Shown: positions 11,282 to 24,585 of the stretch, piece after piece
Layout of the letters: every line of letters starts with the position of its first letter
How positions within the stretch are numbered: the stretch's first letter is position 1
Assembly: GCF_044704955.1 (NCBI RefSeq)
Contig: NC_091988.1
Coordinates: forward strand, 95,914,001 to 95,978,000
DNA: 64,000 nucleotides
Direction of reading: 5' to 3'
Source: Pristiophorus japonicus
Taxonomy: Eukaryota
Notes under the pieces: model-generated
Seen by the model: the letters and a program-made list of their open reading frames with translations, nothing else
Database searches by the model: none
Told to the model about the DNA's origin: nothing
Made by a program: the position numbers and the translations under genes

Positions 11282-11815
11282 CATCACCATCATAATCATA
11301 GGCAGTCCCTCGAAGCGTCAAAGTTCGCAGGTGTTTCAATGAAGGACCTAAAATTCCAGGTCCGAACTAAATCTTGAAGTGTGGAAGATGCCTGCGTGGA
11401 TTTTTTTAATGTGTAGTGGCTGTTGCACACCAGCCACCACACGGGCTTGACAGAGCTAGGTCTTGGTCCAGTGGCAAGGGTTAACCAGGACGACTGGAGA
11501 CCAGCTCTGCTTCACGGACCTAGTGCGCACACATATCGCAGTGTGGGCTGGCCCATGCTGCCCCTGGGCCCTCGCCTCTTCTGGGCCCCGATCACGTCCC
11601 TCTACAATCTCTTGTCGCTCCCTCGCCCCAACCTCGCCGCTCCTGCCGTACCTGTCCACGCTCCAATCACCGACCTGGATCTTGGTGACGTCCCTCTTCA
11701 CTGCCATTGCTCTCCTGCTCCAGCACGTGCTGCACCCCGGTGTGGTACGCTGCCACACTGCTCCTTCCGCTCCCCGGCCTGCTCCGATGGTGCTCGCAGG
11801 CCGGGGGCTCGTGCA
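11282..11815 (-). mobile_element. RTE-associated retroelement 3' region with (CAT)n tail
   Basis: CATCATA...GGCAGTCCCTCG terminus, shared with copies near 12110, 16790, 19940 and the RTE at 35700. Confidence 0.55.
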
Positions 11816-12157
11816 GATGTGTGGTATATAAAAGTTGACAGTTGTCAAACAGAGATGCTAAATGGTAGCTGCAAATTGAGCAGTTTACCTTATGCAAACT
11901 CCTTCAGTTCTACAAAGAATTTTGAGCAATTGTCTTTTGGTGAAGTCATGTAAATGCAGTAGTGATTTTCATATAACATATTCACATTTTGAAGCTGTTT
12001 TCCAGTATCCTGAGTAATACTTTGATAACTACCTGCTACTCTACTACCCTCCTGGCTCCCGTGCAAGCTGATCTTGTAAACTGTTCCCTCTCCCTTTTAA
12101 ATCTGGTGTCGTCATCATCATAGGCAGTCCCTCGAAATTGAGGAAGACTTGCTTCCT

Positions 12158-15007
12158 GTAATGAGTTGACGGCACAAATCATTACAAATGGGTATGATTT
12201 GGTGGCCACTACAGAAACGTGGTTGCAGGGTGGCCAAGACTGGGAATTAAACATACAGAGGTATCTGACGATTCGGAAAGATAGACAAGAAGGGAAAGGA
12301 GGTTGGGTAGCTCTGTTAATAAAGGATGATATCAGGGCAGTTGTGAGAGACGATATTGGCTCTAATGAACAAAATGTTGAATCATTGTGGGTGGAGATTA
12401 AAGATAGTAAGGGGAAAAAGTCACTGGTGGGCATAGTTTATAGGCCCCCAAATAATAACTTCACAGTGGGGCAGACAATAATCAAGGGAATAATGGAGGC
12501 ATGTGAAAAAGGAACGGCAGTAATCATGGGGGATTTTAACCTACATATCGATTGGTCTGATCAAATCGCACGGGGTAGGCTGGAGGAGGAATTCATAGAA
12601 TGCATACGGGATTGTTTCTTAGAACAGAATGTTACAGAACCTACAAGGGAGCAAGCTATCTTAGATCTGGTCCTGTGTAATGAGACAGGAATAACAAAAC
12701 GATCTAGTAAAAGATCCTCTCGGAATGAGTGATCACAGTATGGTTGAATTTGTAATACAGATTGAGGGTGAGGAAGTAGTCTCTCAAACGAGTGTACTAT
12801 GCTTAAACAAAGGGGACTACAGTGGGATGAGGGCAGAGTTGGCTAAAGTAGACTGGAAACACAGACTAAACGGTGGCACAATTGAGGAATAGTGGAGGAC
12901 TTTTAAGGAGCTCTTTCATAGTGCTCAACAAAAATATATTCCAATGAAAAAGAAGGGCAGTAAGAGAAGGGATAACCAGCCGTGGATAACCAAGGAAATA
13001 AAGTAGAGTATCAAATTAAAAACCAATGAATATAAGGTGGCCAAGGTTAGTGGGAAAATAGAAGATTGGGAAAATTTTAAACGACAGCAAAGAATGACTA
13101 AGAAAGCAATAAAGAAAGGAAAGATAGATTACGAAGGTAAACTTGCGCAAAACATAAAAACGGATAGTAAAAGTTTTTACAGATATATAAAACGGAAAAG
13201 AGTGACTAAAGTAAATGTTGGTCCCTTAGAAGATGAGAAGAGGGATTTAATAATGGGAAATGTGGAAATGGCTGAGACCTTAAACAATTATTTTGCTTCG
13301 GTCTTCACAGTGGAAGACACAAAAACCATGCCAAAAATTGCTGGTCACAGTAATGTGGGAAGGGAGGACCTTGAGACAATCACTATCACTAGAGGGGTAG
13401 TGCTGGACAGGCTAATGGGATTCAAGGTGGACAAGTCCCCTGGTCCTGATGAATTTCATCCCAGGGTATTAAAAGAGATGGCAGAAGTTATAGCAGATAC
13501 ATTCGTTATAATCTACCAAAATTCTCTGGACTCCGGGGAGGTACCAGCGGATTGGAAAGCAGCTAATGTAACGCCTCTGTTTAAAAAAGGGGGCAGACAA
13601 AAGGCAGGTAACTATAGGCCGGTTAGTTTAACATCTGTGGTGGGGAAAATGCTTGAAACTATCATTAAGGAAGAAATAGCGGGACATCTAGATAGGAATA
13701 GTGGAATCAAGCAGACGCAGCATGGATTCATGAAGGAGAAATCATGTTTAACTAATTTACTGGAATTCTTTGAGGATATAACGAGCATGGTGGATAGAGG
13801 TGTACCGATGGATGTGGTGTATTTAGATTTTCAAAAGGCATTCGATAAGGTGCCTTACTGCAGAAGATAAAGGTACGCGGAGTCAGAGAAAATGTATTAG
13901 CATGTATAGAGAATTGGCTGGCTAACAGAAAGCAGAGAGTCGGGATAAATGGGTCCTTTTCGGGTTGGAAATCGGTGGTTAGTGGTGTGCCACAGGGATC
14001 GGTGCTGGGACCACAACTGTTTACAATATACATAGATGACCTGGAAGAGGGGACAGAGTGTAGTGTAACAAAATTTGCAGATGACACAAAGATTAGTGGG
14101 AAAGCGGGTTGTGTAAAGGACACAGAGAGGCTGCAAAGAGATTTAGATAGGTTAAGCGAATGGGCTAAGGTTTGGCAGATGGAATACAATGTCGGAAAGT
14201 GTGAGGTCATCCACCTTGGGGGAAAAAAACAGTAAAAGGGAATATTATTTGAATGGGGAGAAATTACAACATGCTCCGGTGCAGAGGGACTTGGGGGTCC
14301 GTGTGCATGAATCCCAAAAAGTTTGTTTGCAGGTGCAGCAGGTAATCAGGAAGGCGAATGGAATGTTGACCTTCATTGCAAGAGGGATGGAGTACAAAAG
14401 CAGGGAGATCCTTCTGCAACTGTATAGGGTATTGGTGAGGCCGCACCTGGAGTACTGCGTGCAGTTTTGGTCACCTTACTTAAGTAAGGATATACTAGCT
14501 TTGGAGGGGGTACGGAGACGATTCACTAGGCTGATTCCGGAGATGAGGGGGTTACCTTATGATGACAGATTGAGTAGACTGGGTCTTTACTCGTTGGAGT
14601 TCAGAAGGATGAGGGGTGATCTTATAGAAACATTTAAAATAATGAAAGGGATAGACAAGATAGAGGCAGAGAGGTTGTTTCCACAGGTCGGGAGACTAAA
14701 ACTAGGGGGCACAGCCTCAAAATACGGGGGAGCCAATTTAAAACTTGAGTTGAGAAAGAATTTCTTCTCCCAGAGGGTTGTGAATCTGTGGAATTCTCTG
14801 CCCAAGGAAGCAGTTGAGGCTAGCTCATTGAAAGTATTCAAGTCACAGATAGATAGATTTTTAACCAATAAGGAAATTAAGGGTTATGGGGAGCGGGCGG
14901 GTAAGTGGAGCTGAGTCCACGGCCAGATCAGCCATGATCTTGTTGAATGGTGGAGCAGGCTCGAGGGGCTAGATGGTCTACTCCTGTTCCTAATTCCTAT
15001 GTTATGT
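12158..15007 (+). mobile_element. Near-complete CR1 ORF2 (APE endonuclease plus RT), degenerate; inserted into an RTE-type tail
   Basis: Endonuclease motifs TETW, YRPP and MGDFN; RT motifs NYRPVSLTS, QHGF, YLDFQKAFDKV, GVPQGSVLGP and KFADD; CR1 3' UTR. Stops and frameshifts are present. The host sequence GACTTGCTTCC|ACTCTAAAA resumes at about 15008. Confidence 0.93.
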
Positions 15008-15094
15008 TCCACTCTAAAAGTGAGTTCTCAGGTGACTGAACGGTCCAATACTAGAATTACAGTCTCTGTCATAGATGGGACAGACAGTGGTTGA

Positions 15095-16482
15095 AGTCAT
15101 CACCCCCTCCTCAAAAAACCCATCCTTGACTCCCCCCGCCCTCTTTCCCCCCCCCCCCTCCCATCCTTGCAAACAACCGCCCATCGGCAACCTCCCCTGA
15201 ATGCCTCCCAAATTTGTGTCCATCATTCCTGCAACTCTGTTTTAATCTCCCCAGTCAGGTTTCCTCCCCAGCCACAGCACTACAATGGCCCTAATCCATG
15301 CCTCTGTGACCATGGAACACTATCTCTCCTCAGTCTTCTCGACCTCTCTTGAACCCTCTGACACGATTGGCCACACCATTCTCCTCCAGTGCCTCTCCTC
15401 TGTTGTCCAGCTGGGTGGGACTGTCTCTCCCTGCTTCCACTTTTACCTACCTAGTCGTGGCCAGGGAATCTCCTGATATGGCTTCTCTTCTCACCCCCAC
15501 ATGATTACCTCTGGTGTCCCCAAGGATTTACCCTTGGCGTCCTCGTATTTCTCATCAACATGCTGTCTCTCGGCGACATCATCCAACAACTTGATATCAG
15601 TTTCCACATGTAAGCTGATGACCCCCAGCTCAACCTCACAACTGCCACTCTTGACCCCTCCACTGCCTCTTGTCAGGCTGCTTGTCCGACACCCAGTCCT
15701 GGATGAGCTGCAATTTCCTTCTATTAAACAATCGGAAGACCAAAGTTGTTGTCTTCGGCCCCTGCTACAAACTCCGTTCCCTCGTCACCCAATCCATTCC
15801 CCTTCCTGGCCACTTTCTCAGCCTGAACCAAACTGTTTGCAACCTCGCCGTCCTATTTGGCCCTGAGCTGAGCTTCCAACCTCATATATCCCTCCATCAC
15901 ATAGACTGCCTACATCCACCTCTGTAACATCATTCCCCTCTGCCCTGCCTCAACTCATTTGCTGCTGAAACCCTCATCCGTGCCTTTGCTGCCTCTAGCC
16001 TCGACTAATCCAGTGCTCTTCTGACTGGCCTCCCATCTTCCTGTGCAAACTTGAGCTCATTCAAACTCGCACAAAGTCCCATTCATCTATCACCCCTGTG
16101 GTCGCTCATCTACACCACCATCTCGATCTTAAAATGTTCATCCTCGTGTTCAGCTCCCTCCATGGCCTCGCCCCTCCCTATCTCTGTTACGTCCACCAGC
16201 TCTACAACCCTCCAAGAAATCTACGTTCCTCCAACTCGGGCAACTTCTTGTGCATCCCCCACTCTCTTTGCCCCACCATTGACGGACGTGCCTTCAGCCT
16301 TCTTGGCCCTAAGCTCTGGAATTCCCTCCCTGAACCTCTCCACCTCTCCTGTAAGACCTTCCTTAAAACCTACCTATTTGATCTGGCTTAGTGTCCATTT
16401 TGTCTGATTCCGCTCCTGTGAAGCGTGTTGGGATGATTTATTATGTTAAAGGCGATATAGAAATGCAAGTTAATGTTGTTGA
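15095..16482 (+). mobile_element. Degenerate L2 LINE (RT region and 3' end)
   Basis: Peptides SLLSLLDLS, TSGVP, CLSDTQSWMSCNFL and GPKLWNSLP...FLKTYLF, ending in a (GTT)n tail. Confidence 0.8.
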
Positions 16483-16944
16483 AGGTTAGTCAGCTGAGGT
16501 TCCAGTAACCATACTCTGTCTGTATTTCCGGATCTTATACTTTAAATAATATGTTTTCCCTTGACAGTCTTTGAAGTATTGTTTTAGCAGCTAACCTTGA
16601 TAAGAATACAGATCCTACACAATTGACTAGGTAGATGGATATTGAGTTGACACAAGGCCACAGTAATCCCAGGGAATTATAAACAATGGACTGGGTTCTG
16701 GGAAGCCAGATTTGTGTGTCACAAAGATCATACAGCCACCAAAGAACTCACTTCGGGAGTGGAAGCAAGCCTTCCTCTGTTCCGAGGGACTGCCTATGAT
16801 GATGATGAAACCCCAATTTCAGCTGGGGAGCTATGCTGCCGGCCACTGTGTACATCTGTTAGCATTTGACGCCCCTGAGGAAAGTGATTCCTTATTGTAT
16901 TCACTTTACGTTCCCATCCCCCGCCCTGCTACAGTTGTCATAAG

Positions 16945-18358
16945 AACATAAGAAATAGGAGCAGGAGCAGGCCATACAGCCCCTCGAGCCTGCTCCGCCA
17001 TTTAATACGATCATGGCTGATCCGATCATTGGCTCAGGTCCAATTCCCTGCCCACTCCCCATAACCCCTTATTCCCTTATCGGTTAAGAAACTGTCTATC
17101 TCTGTCTTAAATTTATTCAATGCCCCAGCTTCCACAGCTCTCTGAGGCAGTGAATTCCACAAATTTACAACCTTCCGAGAGAAAAAATTCCTCCCCATCT
17201 CAGTTTTAAATGAGATTATTCTAAGATTATGCCCCCTAATTCTAGTCTCCCCTATCAGTGGAACCATCCTCTTTGCATCCACCTTGTCAAGCTCCCTCAT
17301 AATCTTATACATTTCGATAAGATCACCTCTCATTTTTCTGAATTCCATTGAGTAGAGGCCCAACCTTCTCAACCTTTCTTCATCAGTCAACCCTCTCATC
17401 TCCAGAATCAACTTAGTGAACCTTCTCTGAACTGCCTCCAAAACAAGTATATCCTTTCGTAAATAAGGAAACCAAAACTGTACACAGTATTCTAGGTGTG
17501 GCCTCACCAATACCTTGTATAACTGTAGCAAGACTTCCCTGCTTTTATACTCCATCCTCTTTGCAATAAAGGCCAAGATTCAATTGGCCTTCCTGATCAC
17601 TTGCTGTACCTGCATACTATCCTTTTGTGTTTCATGCACCAGGACCTTCGGGTCCCGTTGTACTGCAGCACTTTGCAAATTTTCTCCATTTAAATAATAA
17701 CTTGCTCTTTGATTATTTTTTTGTACTTTCCAACATTATACTCCCATCTGCCAAATTTTTGACCACACACTTAGCCTATCTATGTCCTTTTGCAGGTTTT
17801 TTGTGACCTCCTCACACATTGTTTTTCCTCCCATCTTTGTATCATCAGCAAACTTGGCTACGTTACACTCGGTCCCTTCATACAAGTCGTTAATCTAGAT
17901 TGTAAATAGTTGGGGTCCCAGCACTGATCTCTGCGGCACCCCACTAGTTACTGATTGCCAACCCGAGAATGAATCACTTATCCCAACTCTCTGTTTTCTG
18001 TTCGTTAGCCAATCCTTTATCCATGCTAATATATTACCCCCAATCCTGTGAACTTTTATCTTGTGCAATAACGTTTTATGTGGCACCTTGTCAAATGCCT
18101 ACTGGAAGTCCAAATACACCACATCCACTGGTTCCCCTTTATCCACCCTGTTCGTTACATCCTCAAAGAACTCCAGCAAATTTGTCAAACATGACTTCCC
18201 CTTCATAAATCCATGCTGACTGTGCCTGACTGAATTATGTTTTTCCAAATGTCCTGCTACTGCTTCTTTAATAATGAACTCCAACATTTAGCCAACCACA
18301 GATGTTAGGCTAACTGGTCTATAGTTTCCTGCTTTTTGTCTGCCTCCTTTTTTAAATA
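16945..18358 (-). mobile_element. CR1 LINE RT and 3' fragment
   Basis: Minus ORFs contain QHGFMKGKSCLTNLLEFF, GVPQRSVLGP and RPHLEYCVQFW; TAAGAACATAAG tail. Confidence 0.9.
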
Positions 18359-18759
18359 GTGGACAGCCAAGGATGGCAACTTCTTGCAGACAAGACATTT
18401 CATTTCAAGGTATTCAGATTTATCTAATGAATATTACATTTAAAAAAGGTATTTAACTCTCAGGTGGAAAAAAGATCTTGCGAAGTAGGGGTTCGAGGTT
18501 ATGCGAATAGGTGCAGACTGAGATGTCCAGATACTCGATGGGACACAATGGTTCCTTTGCTGGTGGGAGGGGATGCATGTAGTTTGAAGGATGAATATTC
18601 TGGAGTTTCACTTCATTGCCTTTGGGATGAAAGAGCATTTCCCATTAAAGCAACTAAAGTGATCGGATAGATTCCACAATAGGGTGGATTTTTAATTTGT
18701 ACAAGGAATGAACTTGATGAGTTAATTGCCTTTTCTCATTTCATGTTTTTATATTACAT

Positions 18760-19520
18760 AGGATCACATTGGATATATGGCACGGAAACAGGCCAAACAG
18801 CCGAACCAGTCCATGCTGGCATTTATGCTCCACTCTAGCCTCCTCCTGCCTTTCCTCATCTAAATCTATCAGCATAATCCTCTATTCCCTTCGCCCTCGT
18901 ATCCTTGTCTAGCCTCTCCTTAAATGCATCTATACTATTCGCTTCAACCACTCCCTATGGTAGCGAGTTCCACATTCTCACCACTCTTTGGGTAAAGGTG
19001 TTTCTTCTGAATTCCCAATTGGATTTCATGGTGACTTATTTTATATTGATGGCCTCTAGTTATGCTCTTTCCCACAAATGGAAACATTCTTTCTATATCC
19101 ACTCTATGAAAACCTTTCATAATTTTAATGGCCTCTATTCGGTCACCCCTCGACCTTCCCTTTTCAAGAGAAGAGACCCAGCCCATTCATCCTTTCCTGA
19201 TATGTATAACTTCGCATTTCTAGTATTATCCTTGTAAATCTTCTCTGCATCCTCTGCAGTGCCTCTTTTTATAATGTGGCAACCAGAACTGTACGCGGTG
19301 CTTTAAGTGTGGTCTAACATACAGGTTTGGCATAATTAACCTACTTTTCAATTCTATCCCTCGAGAAATAAACCTTTGTGCTTGGTTTGCTTTTTATTGC
19401 CTTGCTAAACTGTGTCACAACTTTTAGTGTATTTGTACTCCACGATCCCTTTGTTCCTCTACCACACATAGACTTGCACCCTCCAGGTAATAAGTGACCT
19501 TCTTTTTCCTCCTTCCAACG
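18760..19520 (-). mobile_element. Older CR1 3' fragment
   Basis: Minus peptide SLEKGRSRGDRIEAIKIMKGFHRV. Confidence 0.7.
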
Positions 19521-19523
19521 CAC

Positions 19524-19913
19524 GGGTTGGATACAGAGTAAAGCTTCCTCTACACTGTCCCATCAAACACTGCCAAGTCAGGTACAGCATGGGTTAAATA
19601 CAGAGTAAAGCTCCCTCTACACTGTCCCATCAAACACTGCCAAGTCAGATACAGCATGGGTTAGATACAGAGTAAAGCTCCCTCTACACTGTCCCATCAA
19701 ACACTGCCAAGTCAGGTACAGCATGGGTTAGATACAGAGTAAAGCTCCCTCTACACTGTCCCATCAAACACTGCCAAGTCAGATACAGCATGGGTTAGAT
19801 ACAGAGTAAAGCTCCCTCTACACTGTCCCATCAAACACTGACAAGGCAGGTACAGAGTAAAGTTCCATCTACACTGTCCCATCAAACACTCCCAGGACAT
19901 GTACAAGCATGGG
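19524..19913. repeat. 67-bp tandem repeat, ~5.7 copies
   Basis: Unit GGGTTAGATACAGAGTAAAGCTCCCTCTACACTGTCCCATCAAACACTGCCAAGTCAGGTACAGCAT starts at 19524, 19591, 19658, 19725 and 19792. Confidence 0.95.
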
Positions 19914-20544
19914 AAAATGTGTGTATATTATATCATATCATATAGGCAGTCCCTCAAAGCGAGGATGACTTGCTTCCATGCCAAAAAAGGATGAGTTCAC
20001 AGGTGTTTCAAAGAAGGACCGAATATTTCAGATCCCGAACTACATCCTGAAGAGTGGAAATGACCGGGGCCTGGGAGAGGCATGAGTTTGGAGCTCAGAC
20101 GAGGCGAGGGCGCAGGGACAGTAGGCCAGCCCACACTGCGATATGTGTGCGCACTAGGACTGTGCTGCAGAACTGGTCTCCAGTCGGTGTATATTATAAT
20201 CCAATACTAACGATCAATGTAATTGTAAAAAAAGAGTAAAATCCATAACATACAATTATCTGCTATCTAATATTGAATTAAGTCTACTTACAGTTGATGT
20301 GTTAAATCTAGATTTTTTTGCAATGTACTGAAATACTATGTGCAGCTGGCACACAGGCAGGATGTCTCTGGGTACAGCAGGAGGTTGTTGGTTTTGATGG
20401 TGTCATTTACATCGCTAGAAAGTAACCATGGTAACGCTGAGGAGTAGTTTGCAATCTGTGGGAGGCAAATGACACTATTGTGCGCCCATCATTAACTATC
20501 TTGTTTCTCTCGCTCAATCCATTCACACACCTTTATTTTTGCAG

Positions 20545-20675
20545 ATCTTACTCAACATTCATGATGATGAAGTAGTGGTTGGTATAGCCCTTACAGAGGA
20601 AAGTCTACACAGGCGAAACATAACGCACTTTGGGCCTACAACTCTTCGATCTACTTTGGCCTATGGGATGTTAAG
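20545..20675 (+). CDS. THUMPD3: THUMPD3 coding exon 4
   Basis: Acceptor TTTTTGCAG|, encodes ILLNIHDDEVVVGIALTEESLHRRNITHFGPTTLRSTLAYGML(R), donor |GTATGT; 131 nt. Confidence 0.95.
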
Positions 20676-21914
20676 GTATGTTTCATTCTAGCTGTGGAGA
20701 ACGGGATTTGAAACCATTCAGTCGGATGGTGAATTCTTTTTGCTGCTCATTAAAGGCCCCAAGCAATAGCTTCGCCTGATAGCTCAGTTGGTAATGGCAG
20801 TGAGCAATTGAATCATACAGACCAGGATTGATCCCAGGCCTGGGCTCAGTTTTCTGATTTCAGCCAGGGTGATCGAGAGGTCGTTACAATTGGACTGGGG
20901 ACAGGGGGAAGTCGTCCAGGGTTTCTGCTCTTATCTTGCCAGTAACCTCCCTCCTCCCTCCCCCCCCCCCCCGGCTGCCACTTTGCTGGCAAGTGCGGAC
21001 ATTAGGTGAGGGATTTGGTTACAATGTCCCCACTGACTATGCTCGTGTGAAAAATGGCCACCTAAGTGAAGTAGCAGTGACTGACCATTCCCTGTGGAAC
21101 TGTACCTCAGCACAAGTCCATGCTTGCGAGTGTGGAGGGTGGGACAACATTGTAAGTGGAAATGGATTTAGACAGTCTCAATGTCTCTGAATTTGATGTC
21201 ACAAAACTCTGGAAGAGTTAAAGAGTTCCTATAGGCCCAGGCACAGTATAAAACTAGCCAAAGTGCTATCATTGAACTCAAATTGGTGGTCGGGAGTGGT
21301 CCACTCCCGATCATTGGATCACACTGGGGAGGTAACTGCTTGAGACACCAGAGTTTCACTATACAGATTGTCTGGAGCCAGGTACCAGAGCAGGACAGTT
21401 CATAGGGCCTTCATGCTACGTAAATAAACATTCACTAATCCAGGCAACTGTTGGTGTGTTTCGGTAATAAAAACTTAGCCACCTACCAGAAAACAAGATT
21501 AGTTGATTTGTTCATAGAATCCTGCAGAACAGAGGGAAGCCATTCAGCCCATCATGCCTGTGCCGGCTCTTTGAAGGAGCTCTAATTAGTCCCAGTACCC
21601 TGCATTTTCCCCATAGCCATATAAATTGTTCCTTTATTGTAGAATGTATTTTACTATTGCTCCTTAGCTGGTTAGAAATCACCATTTGAGGCCATTTCAA
21701 TCTGTACTTTGGCTACCTCTGTGAATACTATTTCTCTATCTGTAAGATAGTTATAGGAGAAGCTTGCATGTTTTTACCAAACATGCCCTTGATCTAACTG
21801 TTGAAGTTGACTAGCTTAGTGCTGGTCATTTGAGTAATTTGTCTCACCTACCGAGCCCATATACTCTGTCACTATTAAGCCTCACCTCATAGTATAACAT
21901 AACAAAATGTGACC

Positions 21915-22935
21915 CTAGAATCATAGAATGGTTACAGCACGGAAGGAGGCCACTCAGCCCGTCGAGCCCGTGCCGACTCTCAGCAAGTCCCACTTCTCTC
22001 CTTTCCTGGTGGCCCTGCAAATTTTATTCCTTCAGATACTTATCCAACTCCCTTTTGAAAGATAAGATTGAGTCTGCCTCCACTACCCTTTCAGGCAGTG
22101 CATTCCAGATCCTAACCACTCGCTGCATAAAAACGTTTTTTCTTGCATCACCTTTGGTTCTTTTGCCAATCACCTTAAATCTGTGTCCTCTGGTTCTCGA
22201 TCCTTCCGCCACTGGGAACAGTTTCTCTCTATCTACTCTGTCCAGACCGCTCATGATTTGAACACCTCTATCAAATCTCCTCACAATCTTCTCTGCTCCA
22301 AGGAGAACAACCCCAGTGTTTCCAGTCTATCAACGTAAGTGAAGTCACTCATTCCTGGAATCATTCTCGTAAATCTTTTCTGCTCCTTCTCTAAGGCCTC
22401 AACATCCTTTCTAACGCATGGTGCCTAGAATTGGACACAATACTCCAGTTGGATATACAGGTTCATCATTTCCACACTTGTACTCCAAACCTCTTTTTAT
22501 GAAGCCCAGGATCCCGTATGCCTTTTTAACTGCTTTCTCAACCTGCCCTCCCACCTTCAACGATTTATGCACACATACCCCCAGGTCTCTCTGTTCTTGC
22601 ATCCTCTTTAGGATTGCACCATTTAGTTTGTATATCCTCTCCTCATTCTTTCTACCAAAATGTATCATTTCACACTTTTCTGCATTAAACTTCATCTGCC
22701 ACGTATTTGCCCATGTCACCAGTCTGTCTGTGTCTTCCTGAAGTCTTATCACTCTCCTCACTGTTCACTATACTTCCCAAGTTTTGTGTCATCTGCAAAT
22801 TATGAAATTGTGCCCTGTACACCCACGTCCAAGTCATTAATATAGATGAAGAAAAGCAGTGGTCCTAGAACCGACCCCTGGGAAACACCACTGTATACCT
22901 TCCTCCAGTCTGAAAAACAGCCATTCACCACTATA
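21915..22935 (-). mobile_element. CR1 LINE RT and 3' fragment
   Basis: Minus peptides [23 protein letters not shown] and RVVRIWNALP; TAGAATCATAGAA tail. Confidence 0.85.
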
Positions 22936-24515
22936 CTCACACCCCCCATCCCAAGAGCGTGCCCCCCCCCCCCGGCTTCGGACACACCCAACACCGCGAA
23001 CACTCCCCCTGCACCCAACCCGCCCCGTCCCGTCAGAATCCTTCCCAAATGCCGAACACCCCCGGATGTCGAGCTCCCAGCCCCGGCCATGTTGGTGGAG
23101 GACACCGGTGCGAACTCCCCTGCTCCTCCTCAAATAGTGTCATGAGATCTTTTATATTCACCCGAGAGGGCAGACATCTCATCTAAAGGACGGCACCTCC
23201 GACACTGCAGCACTCCCTCAGTACGAGAGTGCTATCACTGAGCCAAGTCTGACACTGCAAATAGTAGCAGGCAAAAAATGGCCGCATTGGGTCCACATGC
23301 GGCAAGTCTGAGAACAGAACTGTGCAAGTTTATAGTACAGGAGGAGTCCACCATAACTGTACCAGTTCTTACTCTAAAACAATCTAAAACTAATCTCTCT
23401 GTCCCACTCTCTCCCTGCATCTTCCTCTGCTTCAAATATTTTGCCTATTGTCCCTTAAAGGATTCAATGCTCTCGGTTCCAACCGCTCCCTGTGACAAAG
23501 CATTTTGTGCTTCAAAAGCCTCTGCGTAAAGGAATTTCTGCTCGTGCCTCTCCTCACTCGCTTAGTGACAAGTTTAAATTGGCCCATTGTCACTGATTCC
23601 CCAACCAGAGGAAATGGTCTTTCCTATTCATTGTATCCAAACCCAAGATAAATCTGACTGCGCATCTCAATAACCTGTCTGTATCTACCTGAACTCTTAG
23701 TCGCCCTCGCTGTTTGCCAATCCCCCTACTTTTGTGGCCTCAGCACATTTTAAGATTGCACTCCCTGTGCTCAGATTCAAATCATCGATATACACACACA
23801 ACAAAAGTAGACTCAGCACTGATCCCTGGGGTGCACCCCTTCCACCTCCTCTCCAGTCCGAGCGACACCCAGTCTGTCTCTTTGTTTCCTGTCCATCAAT
23901 CAACTCCTGCTGCTACGCTGCCTCATACACTACACGGCTGCATTTTTCGAAAAAGCCTTTTGTGAGATATCTTATCGAAGACCGTCTAAAAATCCATGTA
24001 CACTAGGTCACTTCTTCAAAAAAACAAACTCATACATTTGTCAACCAGATCTGTCCTAGCTGCACTTGATAAGCACGTGCATTTTTAAATGCTTACTAAT
24101 TTTATCTTGAATTATGGATGTTGATTTGAAGCCCTCGTTGTTCACTGACTTCTACCTAATTATGCAGTAAACTTGGCACTACAGGGTGTTGGATAAAAAA
24201 CACAGTGTGAGATTGACTCCTTTTCACAGTGACTCTATTGTATATTCAATACCCATTTGAGAGAAATCTTACTGCAAAGGCATTCCGGTGCGCTGACATC
24301 CCACACCACGTGGCCACTGACCCACTAAACCCAGCGTGATCCTCACATTCCCCGTTCACAACTCAGCTGGAATTTGAGCGGCATTGTCTGTAATTGTGGA
24401 TCCTATGGTTGTGTTAAAGCATGAGCTCGCTGGTCTAGCCCAATGCTGCAGGTAAATGTAAGAGTAAATGTTTTGTCTTTATGATTCTTAACATTTTTTC
24501 AATTCTGCATCGCAG

Positions 24516-24585
24516 GCTTTGTAATCCTCAGTCAACCGATATCATCATCGATCCAATGTGTGGAACTGGAGCTATTCCGATCGAG
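24516..24585 (+). CDS. THUMPD3: THUMPD3 coding exon 5 (SAM-binding motif I)
   Basis: Acceptor CGCAG|, encodes LCNPQSTDIIIDPMCGTGAIPIE, donor |GTAAGG; 70 nt. DPMCGTG is the methyltransferase motif. Confidence 0.95.

Noticed and set aside
12166-14914. Active, intact LINE reverse transcriptase
   Set aside because: ORF2 is broken by multiple stops and frameshifts, and is 5'-truncated.
19524-19913. 67-bp array as an ncRNA cluster
   Set aside because: Near-identical head-to-tail units with no spacers or Pol III terminators; it looks like an ordinary satellite-type repeat.
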